Shown: positions 19,241 to 27,609 of the stretch, piece by piece
Layout: the number at the start of each line of letters is the position of its first letter
Numbering within the stretch: the stretch's first letter is position 1
Assembly: GCA_963768805.1 (NCBI GenBank)
Contig: CAVYJI010000019.1
Span: forward strand, 277,991-341,990
Direction: 5' to 3'
Origin: an uncultured Bacteroidales bacterium
GTDB lineage: Bacteria > Bacteroidota > Bacteroidia > Bacteroidales > FEN-979
Length of the DNA: 64,000 nucleotides
Notes under the pieces: model-generated
Databases searched by the model: none
Told to the model about the DNA's origin: nothing
Seen by the model: the letters and a program-made list of their open reading frames with translations, nothing else
Translations under genes and position numbers: made by a program

Positions 19241-20602
19241 ATGAACAAGTTGCGATATGAACGGCCTGTAATTAAGAAACTTGAGACCGGAATGCCAAAT
19301 AAATTCGGAACAAGGACAGAATATGAACCCATGATCCACATCGATGGTGTCGCAGTGAAAGATCTGATCAAAGAATTTGGCTCACCGTTATTTGTTATCT
19401 CAGAAAGGACCATCCGTGAAACAATAAAGAAGGCAAAAAAGGCTTTTGGTACCCGTTATCCTAAAGTTCAGTTTGCCTGGTCGTATAAGACCAATTATCT
19501 AAATGCTGTCTGCAGTATTTTCCATCAGGAAGGATCCTGGGCAGAAGTGGTATCGGGTTTTGAATACGAAAAAGCCATCAAACTGGGAGTAGATGGCAGG
19601 AAGATCATTTTTAACGGTCCTGATAAAAGTGAAAAAGATCTTACCAGGGCAATTACCAACGATTCTCTTATACATATTGATCATCTTGATGAATTATATT
19701 CCATAACAGAACTGGCTGATAAGCTTAAAAAACGTCCGCGAGTGGCTGTAAGGGTCAATATGGATACGGGGGTATATCCTATGTGGGACCGATTCGGGTT
19801 TAACTATGAAAACGGCCAGGCATGGGATGCCATCAACAAGATCATGCATTCAGAAAAGATGGAACTGGTCGGACTTCATTGCCATATCGGTACATTTATG
19901 TTTTCACCCTTTGCATACAGCACTGCAGCATCCAAGCTTGTCGAACTGGCACTTGCCATCGAACAGAAATTCAAGCATGAAATTCAATATATCGATATGG
20001 GAGGCGGGTTTGCTTCAAGGAACACACTGAAAGGATCCTACCTTCCGGGTTCCGACTCCAATCCAACTTTTGATGATTTTGCAGAAGCAATTTCCACAGC
20101 ACTGATAAACGGTAATTTCAAAAAAAACAAGCTGCCTTTACTTATTCTTGAAACCGGCCGTGCCTTGATTGATGAGGCTGGTTATTTGCTGGGAACCGTG
20201 ATCTCGAACAAGCGTTCAAGCTCCGGCCGTCGTAATACAATCATCGATGTCGGGGTTAATATCCTCTTTACATCTTTCTGGTATGATCACAAGATCACAC
20301 CGGCACAACCGTTCACACATTATTCCGAAGACACCTGCGTGTTTGGGCCGCTTTGCATGAACATCGATGTGATCCGCGAAAGCGCCAACCTGCCGCTGCT
20401 CAACATGGGAGACCATCTGGTGATCCACAACGTAGGCGCTTACAACATGACACAGTGGATGCAGTTCATTACTTTAAGGCCAAACGTGGTGCTGATAGAC
20501 ATGGACGAGAAACCACATCTGATCAGAATCAAGGAATCGCTGGAGAATATGAACGACATGGAGCGGATACCTTCATATCTAAAAAACCGGGAAAAAGCGT
20601 GA
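19241..20602 (+). CDS. PLP-dependent decarboxylase, Orn/DAP/Arg decarboxylase (fold-type III) family
   Basis: FAWSYKTNY (PLP-lysine region), HCHIGT, IDMGGGF and ILETGRALIDEAGYL motifs, with an N-terminal barrel plus C-terminal beta domain layout. Confidence 0.88.
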   Translation: MNKLRYERPVIKKLETGMPNKFGTRTEYEPMIHIDGVAVKDLIKEFGSPLFVISERTIRETIKKAKKAFGTRYPKVQFAWSYKTNYLNAVCSIFHQEGSWAEVVSGFEYEKAIKLGVDGRKIIFNGPDKSEKDLTRAITNDSLIHIDHLDELYSITELADKLKKRPRVAVRVNMDTGVYPMWDRFGFNYENGQAWDAINKIMHSEKMELVGLHCHIGTFMFSPFAYSTAASKLVELALAIEQKFKHEIQYIDMGGGFASRNTLKGSYLPGSDSNPTFDDFAEAISTALINGNFKKNKLPLLILETGRALIDEAGYLLGTVISNKRSSSGRRNTIIDVGVNILFTSFWYDHKITPAQPFTHYSEDTCVFGPLCMNIDVIRESANLPLLNMGDHLVIHNVGAYNMTQWMQFITLRPNVVLIDMDEKPHLIRIKESLENMNDMERIPSYLKNREKA

Positions 20603-20656
20603 TATTTGATAATTAATAAAATATCTGAACTTTGCACTTCATTTAAGGGTTGACAG

Positions 20657-21214
20657 TTGGGTTTAAATAAACTGAAATATCTATTACCCTCATTTTTCTC
20701 CGGTATAGTTAACAGTTATACTCAGATCTTCTTTTCGAACAGCAGGGTCTTTGCACTTATCCTGATGGTGGTGTCTTTTTTAGATTTCTGGGCGGGCTTG
20801 AGCGGCCTGATCGCAATTGTAATTTCGAATACCCTTGCTTACCTGATAGGGTTCAACCGGTTAAACATAAAAAAAGGCTATTATGGGTTTAACAGCCTGT
20901 TGGTCGGTTTGGCGCTCGGCATATACTATCAGCCCGGACCTGAATTTTTCATTGTACTCGTTTTTTCTTCGGTACTTACCCTTTTCCTCACTATACTCCT
21001 TGAAGGGGTTATCGGAAAATACGGATTGCCTTTCCTGAGTATTTCATTTTTACTTGCTACCTGGCTTGTAAGCCTTGCCACGCGGCAATTTACCGCGCTT
21101 CATGTCAGCGAGCGGGGCATCTTTATGACCAACGAGATGTTTGCATTAGGCGGACACCGGATGGTATCATTCTATAACTGGCTGTTAAACCTGGATATCT
21201 ATGGCCCTCGTTAG
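20657..21214 (+). CDS. Urea-transporter (UT/SLC14)-like membrane protein, first half-channel (TTG start)
   Basis: 185 aa, about 5 TM helices. The FFSGIVNSYTQIFFSNS...AGLSGLIAIVISNTLAYLIGF pattern resembles the first pseudo-repeat of UT channels. It stops inside a 14-nt overlap with the next ORF. Confidence 0.55.
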   Translation: MGLNKLKYLLPSFFSGIVNSYTQIFFSNSRVFALILMVVSFLDFWAGLSGLIAIVISNTLAYLIGFNRLNIKKGYYGFNSLLVGLALGIYYQPGPEFFIVLVFSSVLTLFLTILLEGVIGKYGLPFLSISFLLATWLVSLATRQFTALHVSERGIFMTNEMFALGGHRMVSFYNWLLNLDIYGPR

Positions 21215-22868
21215 AGTTTATTTTACTTCTCTCGGGGCCATTTTTTTTCAATATCATCTCTTTGCAGGTATACTTGTCGCTATAGGGCTTCTCATCTATT
21301 CACGAATTGCATTTATCCTCTCCCTGACAGGTTTCTTTTCAGCCTGGGCCTATTACCATTTTATTGGAGCCGATATCCGTGAACTCAGCTACAGTTTCAT
21401 CGGCTTTAATTTTATCCTCACTTCGATCGCCATTGGCGGTTTTTTCATCATTCCATCACGGTGGTCATTTTTATGGGTTATCCTTCTGACTCCACTAATT
21501 TCAATCATTCTGACAAGCACCAATGTTATATTTTCAATCTTTCAGCTTTCTGTTTATTCCCTGCCTTTCAACATCGTTGTCCTGATCTTTCTCTATTCGC
21601 TGAAGTTCAGGGAACGATTCTATGATAAACCCCAGTTGGTAACTTTCCAGCAATTTTCGCCTGAGAAAAATCTTTATTCGCACATGAATTACAAAGAGCG
21701 TTTCGGTAAATCACTTTTTTACACATTTGCCTTACCGTTCTGGGGTGAATGGAAAGTGACCCAAAGCCATAATGGCAAGTATACCCACCAGGGCGATTGG
21801 CGTCATGCATGGGATTTTGAAGTGACTGATGAGGAGGGGCTTACTTACTCAGGAAGTGGAAAAACCCGGGAAGACTACTATGCATACAACAAACCAGTAA
21901 TTGCGCCTGCTGATGGCTATGTGGAAGAGATTGTTGATGATATTGAGGAAAATGAGATAGGAGAGTCGGACCTGGAACATAACTGGGGAAACACCATCAT
22001 CCTTCGCCATTCGGACCATCTTTATTCAACGCTGTCACACCTTAAAAAAGAAAGCTTTAAAGTGGCAGAAGGAGATACCGTGAAGAAGGGACAGGTTCTT
22101 GCAAATTGCGGGAGTTCGGGACGGTCGCCTGTGCCTCACCTTCATTTCCAGATCCAGGGAAACCCTTATATAGGATCGAAAACACTAGATTATCCTATCA
22201 GTCATTATATCCGTCATAAAGATGGGAATTTCGAGCTAAGATCATATGAATCGCCTGAAAACGATGTCCTTGTATCGAATATTACAAAAAACAGCTCTTT
22301 GAAAAAGGCATTTCATTTTATCCCCGGGCAAAAGTTCAGATTCGCTGCAATTGAGACAGGGGAGAAGGAATACCAGGTAAACTGGGAGGTTCAGGCCGAT
22401 GCCCTCAACAATACCTCTATTTATTGCGAATCCAGCAGATCGCGTGCATATTTCCGTAATGATGGCGATATTCATTATTTTACCCATTTTGAGGGAAATA
22501 AATCATCGCTGCTCTTTAAATTTTATCTTGGAGCTTACAAGATAATGATGGGGTATTACAGCAACCTGCTGGTGAAAGACCGGCTACCAGTAAACACATT
22601 CAACAATCCGTTGGTAAAGCTTGGGCAGGATTTTCTTGCTCCATTTCTGATCTTTTCCTGTTCAGAGTACAGTCTTACTTATCTGAACATGAATGATGCA
22701 CTCATGCAAACCAATATCAGGTTACGGTCGATGATACGTGCAAAGGTTGGCAGGCATGAAATTAAAAAGCTGGAATGTGAGTTGTTTGTTGGACCCGAGG
22801 GGCTCGAGCGGTTCGTGATCCATGAAAGTAAGCGATTAACCGAAGTCAGACTTGTGCAAGAAAAATGA
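21201..22868 (+). CDS. Fusion protein: second UT-like half-channel + M23 (LytM) metallopeptidase + C-terminal domain of unknown function
   Basis: The N-terminal ~130 aa (YFTSLGAIFFQYHLFAGILVAIG...) mirror the motif of the previous ORF. The M23 domain has HQGDWRHAWDF and GSSGRSPVPHLHFQI (H-x-H). About 230 further residues have no recognisable motif. Confidence 0.8.
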   Translation: MALVRVYFTSLGAIFFQYHLFAGILVAIGLLIYSRIAFILSLTGFFSAWAYYHFIGADIRELSYSFIGFNFILTSIAIGGFFIIPSRWSFLWVILLTPLISIILTSTNVIFSIFQLSVYSLPFNIVVLIFLYSLKFRERFYDKPQLVTFQQFSPEKNLYSHMNYKERFGKSLFYTFALPFWGEWKVTQSHNGKYTHQGDWRHAWDFEVTDEEGLTYSGSGKTREDYYAYNKPVIAPADGYVEEIVDDIEENEIGESDLEHNWGNTIILRHSDHLYSTLSHLKKESFKVAEGDTVKKGQVLANCGSSGRSPVPHLHFQIQGNPYIGSKTLDYPISHYIRHKDGNFELRSYESPENDVLVSNITKNSSLKKAFHFIPGQKFRFAAIETGEKEYQVNWEVQADALNNTSIYCESSRSRAYFRNDGDIHYFTHFEGNKSSLLFKFYLGAYKIMMGYYSNLLVKDRLPVNTFNNPLVKLGQDFLAPFLIFSCSEYSLTYLNMNDALMQTNIRLRSMIRAKVGRHEIKKLECELFVGPEGLERFVIHESKRLTEVRLVQEK

Positions 22869-24373
22869 GAAAATTTATTTTTTTATTTATCCAAATCCTA
22901 TTCATCACAAGTATTGCAAGGTCCCAGGCCAGGCTTGATTTCAGGGTGGTTGATGAAAAGACAGGCCGATATTTCAATGAACAGAAATGGGATAGTGTAA
23001 TCAGGCTTGGGAAGAAGGCATTGCACCAAAGTATCGATTATTATTATCTGAGGGTAAGAATGGGCATCTCATATTTTAAGAAACAGAAATACTTCACTGC
23101 AGTTTCATTCCTGAAGAAAGCAAGTACATTTAACTCTGCTGATTCAATGATCACGGATTATCTATACCGTTCTTATCTATATACTAACAATGAGGATGAA
23201 GCACAAATACTAAAGAATAAAATACCAAAAGAAGCCCGGGTCACAAAAACATCAAGAAACGGAATCCTTGAGCAGGTTCATTTTGAAGGAGGATATAGCC
23301 TGAGCAATGACAAGTCATCAGTTAATATTCCAAACCTAAGTGGAACATTCAAAACTTCCAAGGACAATGACTATTATAGTGAGCAGGATCTTTATGGAAA
23401 CAGTTGGTATGGTAATCTTGGATTGACGATGAGGATATTTAAAAGATTAAGCCTTTCATTATCGTACAATTATCTCAGCCTGGATAAATCTACATATATC
23501 CAGGACGGTCATTTTCAGGATCGTTTTATGGGTACTGTCGATTCAGCCGGGGGGAAACTTTACCGTTATACGTTCCCCTGGATCACCCACGATACAAGTT
23601 TTCATTATACTATTATACAGCATGAAGGACACCTCGGCATCACAGTGACTTTACCGGCAGGATTTAAAATCCAGCCGGCATTTCATCTTATCTATGTGGC
23701 ATATAAAACGACCAATGTCAACTTCAGGGCGGGAACCATACAGGACACTGCTTATCATTCGCCAACTAAAACCACCTATCATCCCTTTACCCATTATGAC
23801 TATTCATTTGTTCAGAATGACACTTCATTTTACAATTATGTGATATCACTCCTGGTCACAAAAGATATTAAGATATTTAATATAGGGTTATCTCTTAGTT
23901 GGTCCAACCTGAACAATATGACACAGGAACAAGCAGGACTTATGCTGACATATTACCCGCTCGGGAACCTTGATTTTTACGGAACAACAGCTGCAACAGG
24001 TTTTTTACAGGGAAATGAGAGCCGCATACTTCTGAGCCAGGTATTGGGCACAAAAGTCACAAGATGGTGGTGGCTTGAAGGAAATTTCTATTGGGGCAAT
24101 TATTCCAATACCAATATTTTCAATGGCGCTGTAGTTTATAATAACAGCGATAAAATTGATTACCATGCCGGGGTTTCACTGATTTTTATCCTCGGTAAAC
24201 ATGTTCAGCTATCATTAATATACCAGTATCTAAGTGAAGAAAGCCCGCTGTTCTATAACGTTAAAAGGCCGGCTCCGGGACAGGGTCCGTTGCAGATCAA
24301 TGAACAACCGCAAATAACATATATCCCGTATAACACTAACACAATAATAGGAGGAATCACATGGAAACTTTAG
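22865..24373 (+). CDS. Secreted protein: N-terminal TPR-like helices plus a putative outer-membrane beta-barrel (hypothetical)
   Basis: Signal peptide MRKFIFLFIQILFITSIARSQA. The C-terminal ~350 aa have an alternating aromatic/polar beta-strand pattern (YSLS.., LSLSYNYLSL, LSLIYQYL). ATGA start/stop overlap with the upstream gene. Confidence 0.45.
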   Translation: MRKFIFLFIQILFITSIARSQARLDFRVVDEKTGRYFNEQKWDSVIRLGKKALHQSIDYYYLRVRMGISYFKKQKYFTAVSFLKKASTFNSADSMITDYLYRSYLYTNNEDEAQILKNKIPKEARVTKTSRNGILEQVHFEGGYSLSNDKSSVNIPNLSGTFKTSKDNDYYSEQDLYGNSWYGNLGLTMRIFKRLSLSLSYNYLSLDKSTYIQDGHFQDRFMGTVDSAGGKLYRYTFPWITHDTSFHYTIIQHEGHLGITVTLPAGFKIQPAFHLIYVAYKTTNVNFRAGTIQDTAYHSPTKTTYHPFTHYDYSFVQNDTSFYNYVISLLVTKDIKIFNIGLSLSWSNLNNMTQEQAGLMLTYYPLGNLDFYGTTAATGFLQGNESRILLSQVLGTKVTRWWWLEGNFYWGNYSNTNIFNGAVVYNNSDKIDYHAGVSLIFILGKHVQLSLIYQYLSEESPLFYNVKRPAPGQGPLQINEQPQITYIPYNTNTIIGGITWKL

Positions 24374-25062
24374 TAAGTCACAGAGTCACAGAGTCACAAA
24401 GTCACAAAGTAATAGAATTTCGCCATCCCACCACCTGCTGGCAGGCAAGCAGGTTTTACTATTTTGCTATTTTACTATTTCTGCTTATCTCGCCGGTTCT
24501 TCACTCACAAAACTATCCTGCCCTCCAGGAGGCATTCGGTAAAAGTTATGACTATGAAGCCAAGGGAAATTATACAGAAGCGATTTCGGCCTTAAAGAAT
24601 GTGTATCAAGAAGATTCATATGAAATCAACCTTCGCCTTGGATGGGAAACCTATCTTGCGGGGCTTTTTACTGAATCGTCAGCTTATTATGAGAAGGCTA
24701 TAAACCTTAAACCTTATGCGATTGAGCCCAAATTCGGGTTTGTTTACCCTGCTTCAGCGTTAGGGAACTGGGACCAGGTCATTGCCCAGTATAATGAGAT
24801 CCTGAAGATCGATTCTCAGAATACGCTTGCAAACTACCGGATGGGATCGATCTATTATGGCAGAAAGGATTATGCAAAAGCTGACAAATACCTTGAGAAG
24901 ACTATAAACCTCTATCCTTTTGATTATGACAGCCTTATTCTATATGCATGGACGAACTTAAAACTGGGAAAGATGCGCGAAGCCCAGGTCCTCTTTAACA
25001 AGGTGTTACTGAATCGGCCAAAAGACTCTTCAGCACTTGAGGGGCTTTCTCTTATCAAGTGA
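24361..25062 (+). CDS. Tetratricopeptide-repeat protein (secreted or lipoprotein-like)
   Basis: Hydrophobic signal-like segment FYYFAILLFLLISPVLHSQ followed by TPR units (AISALKNVY.., SSAYYEKAINLKP, ANYRMGSIYYGRKDYAKADKYLEKTINLYP). 13-nt overlap with the upstream gene. Confidence 0.7.
   Translation: METLVSHRVTESQSHKVIEFRHPTTCWQASRFYYFAILLFLLISPVLHSQNYPALQEAFGKSYDYEAKGNYTEAISALKNVYQEDSYEINLRLGWETYLAGLFTESSAYYEKAINLKPYAIEPKFGFVYPASALGNWDQVIAQYNEILKIDSQNTLANYRMGSIYYGRKDYAKADKYLEKTINLYPFDYDSLILYAWTNLKLGKMREAQVLFNKVLLNRPKDSSALEGLSLIK
24376..24410 (+). repeat. 8-bp tandem repeat (AGTCACAR x4.4) at the 5' end of the TPR gene
   Basis: AGTCACAG AGTCACAG AGTCACAA AGTCACAA AGT, read directly. It starts 3 nt after the stop of the upstream gene. 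Confidence 0.85.
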
Positions 25063-25112
25063 AAAGGTCATTATAAGTAATTCACCAAACTCTGTCAATT
25101 TGTCAGTCGAAT

Positions 25113-25198
25113 ATCGAATTTTCATAGAACTTTAATCGAACACTGATCGAAGCTTGATCGAAGGTCAATCGAAGCTCAATCGAAGCTCAATCGAAGGA
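25113..25198. repeat. Phased 11-bp repeat array with core ATCGAAG (about 8 units, the last 5 near-perfect)
   Basis: ATCGAA occurs at 25113, 25135, 25146, 25157, 25168, 25179 and 25190, and ATAGAA at 25124. All are on an 11-bp register, in the intergenic region between convergent genes. Confidence 0.85.
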
Positions 25199-25341
25199 TA
25201 ATTAAAGAAGAAGTGTTAAATGGCAGAATTTGAGTATGTTACGCACCATCTTATTAATCTGCCATTTTGTCATTATTCAGGCTACAATTCACCATTCACA
25301 CTTATACAAGTGTCAACTGTTCACGTCTCATTAATCACTTC

Positions 25342-27606
25342 TCAATTTTTTAAGTTCCGGTAAGCTATTTCCCGGTTGTTATATGCGATGGTAAAATTTG
25401 GATCGATCCCGAGCGCCCTGGTGTAATCTTCTATTGCCTTTTCCCATTGTCCGGTATTCTGAAAGGCGACACCCCGGTTGACATATGCCTGGATAGTCAT
25501 CGGATCAATTTCTATCACCCGTGAATAATCCGATATTGCCTGGTCCCACTGCTTTAAAGTTTCATATATATTACCACGGTTGAAATAGGCTTCTTTGCTA
25601 TCCGGGTTGAATTCGATCGCTTTGGAGCAATCGGATAGAGCATTATTCCATTGTCCGAGGTTTGCATAAACAGCCCCACGGTTAAAATAAGCTTCCGTGT
25701 AATTCGGATTAATCCCGATCGCCCTGGAATAATCGGCTATCGCTTTATCCCATTCCCTGAGGTTACTGAAGATGACGCCACGGTTGAGCCAAGCCTGGGC
25801 AAAATCAGGGTTGATCCCGATCGCGCTGGTATAATCGTCTGTTGCCTTATCCCATTGACCGGTATTCTCATAAGCAGTAGCGCGGCTTATATACGCCCTG
25901 ACTGCTTCCGGGTTAATTTCAATTACCCTGGAATAATCGGCTATTGCATTATCCCACTGCCCGAGTTTTGCGTACATAGCACCCCGGTCAGAGTACGCCT
26001 CTGCGTAATCTGAATTGATACTGATAGCCTTTGAATAATCAGCCATTGCTTTGTCCGGTTGATTGAGGTTGTCGAATGCAAAACCACGGGTGAGATATGC
26101 GGCCGGAAAATCCGGGTTGATCCTGATCGCGCTGTTGCAATCAGCTATCGCGTTGTCCCAGAGTCCAAGTTCCGCATAGGCAGCGCCGCGATTAGAAACT
26201 GGCCTGACCATGTTTGGCGCTTTTAATACATTATCATTCCATAAAGACAGATCGTCCTTCCAGGCTTTATTCCTTTCATAGGTCAGGAGTGAGCCTGATC
26301 CTGTGATCATCAATAAAATGATAATTGCCAGGAATTTATACCTGTTCCAAAGTAAACCAGAAATAACTGAGCTTAGAATAAGGAAAAAACCGAATGAAGG
26401 GAGGTAAGTCCTGTGCTCGAAGATCAGATCTACTATAGGGATTATGCCCGATTCGACCATTAAGGTGATGAAGAACCAGAATATCCCGAAAGAAATTACC
26501 CTCTGTTTTTTAAAAAGGAATATCCCGAGGATGACGAGGGATAAAAGGAATAAAAAAGACAGCAATGTCCTGGGTTCAAAAAAACGGGTCGATACAGGAA
26601 AATCATAATCGACCATTTGGTTCACCGGCAGGAATAAAAGCTGTATATATTTGACAATGACACTGAATTGGGTAAGAAGATAAGAAAACGGGGTCAGGGT
26701 ATATGTGTGGCCATTGGTTGGTCCGATCGCAGTGAAAACATTTGATGCAGATCTAAGATATAAAATGATCATTACAGGAACGATAAATAATGCTATCAAA
26801 AACAGCAAACGGTAGTCTTTAAAATTTACGGATACCATTTTTTTCTTAAAGAAGAACAGTTCAACCAGAATAACAGTCAATGGAAGTGTGAATGCAATTT
26901 CTTTAGTCAGCATTGCAGCAACTGCTGAAAGGAAACAACCGGCGAGCAGGAAGTATTTGACCCCATTGACTCTTTCAGACAACCGGGCTTTCATATAAAG
27001 AGCCACTGAAAGCATGTAGAACATGGCAGCCATGGAAGTCATTCGCTGAACGATATAGGTTACCGATTGGGTGGCCAGGGGGTGAGAGATAAACAGAAGT
27101 GCGGTAAAGAAGGCAATAATTTTTTTCTGCTTTGCAACTTTGTTGTCTTTTACCGCCGGGGAGGAAAAGATCAGCAGGGTCAGCCACCACACCAGGCAGG
27201 CATTTATGAGATGGATGATAAGGTTGATAAAATGATATCCCCAGACGTTGAGATGGTTGAAATGATAATTAAGGGCAAATGTGAACATTGCGACAGGACG
27301 CGATGGATAGAAGTTCCACCATGCTTTTATGTTCCACAGGTCCCTGATCTTTGCATTGTTGACGATGTTCTGCGAATCGTCAAAATGAAATGAGCAATTA
27401 AAGGTGTTGGAATATATGATGATCCCTAAAATAAGTACTGCAGCCAGCCCGGCCAGCTGATAATAGCGATCCGAATTGACCAGGTTCTTACGCTGAAGGG
27501 TTTCCTTCAGATTCCTGGTCTTTTTTTGTCCTTTATTTGATGCCTGTTTATTCATCAGATCTAATTTGCCACCGGTGGACGAGGGACAATTCCCCTTACT
27601 CATCAT
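25342..27606 (-). CDS. Polytopic membrane protein with a C-terminal TPR array (GT-C / TMTC- or PMT-like putative glycosyltransferase)
   Basis: About 430 aa with ~11 TM helices and an FHFDDSQNIVNN acidic motif just after TM1. About 9 very regular 34-aa TPRs follow (AY.NRG.AY..LGQWD.AI.DY..AI.INP). Confidence 0.75.
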   Translation of the reverse strand: MMSKGNCPSSTGGKLDLMNKQASNKGQKKTRNLKETLQRKNLVNSDRYYQLAGLAAVLILGIIIYSNTFNCSFHFDDSQNIVNNAKIRDLWNIKAWWNFYPSRPVAMFTFALNYHFNHLNVWGYHFINLIIHLINACLVWWLTLLIFSSPAVKDNKVAKQKKIIAFFTALLFISHPLATQSVTYIVQRMTSMAAMFYMLSVALYMKARLSERVNGVKYFLLAGCFLSAVAAMLTKEIAFTLPLTVILVELFFFKKKMVSVNFKDYRLLFLIALFIVPVMIILYLRSASNVFTAIGPTNGHTYTLTPFSYLLTQFSVIVKYIQLLFLPVNQMVDYDFPVSTRFFEPRTLLSFLFLLSLVILGIFLFKKQRVISFGIFWFFITLMVESGIIPIVDLIFEHRTYLPSFGFFLILSSVISGLLWNRYKFLAIIILLMITGSGSLLTYERNKAWKDDLSLWNDNVLKAPNMVRPVSNRGAAYAELGLWDNAIADCNSAIRINPDFPAAYLTRGFAFDNLNQPDKAMADYSKAISINSDYAEAYSDRGAMYAKLGQWDNAIADYSRVIEINPEAVRAYISRATAYENTGQWDKATDDYTSAIGINPDFAQAWLNRGVIFSNLREWDKAIADYSRAIGINPNYTEAYFNRGAVYANLGQWNNALSDCSKAIEFNPDSKEAYFNRGNIYETLKQWDQAISDYSRVIEIDPMTIQAYVNRGVAFQNTGQWEKAIEDYTRALGIDPNFTIAYNNREIAYRNLKN

Positions 27607-27609
27607 TAT

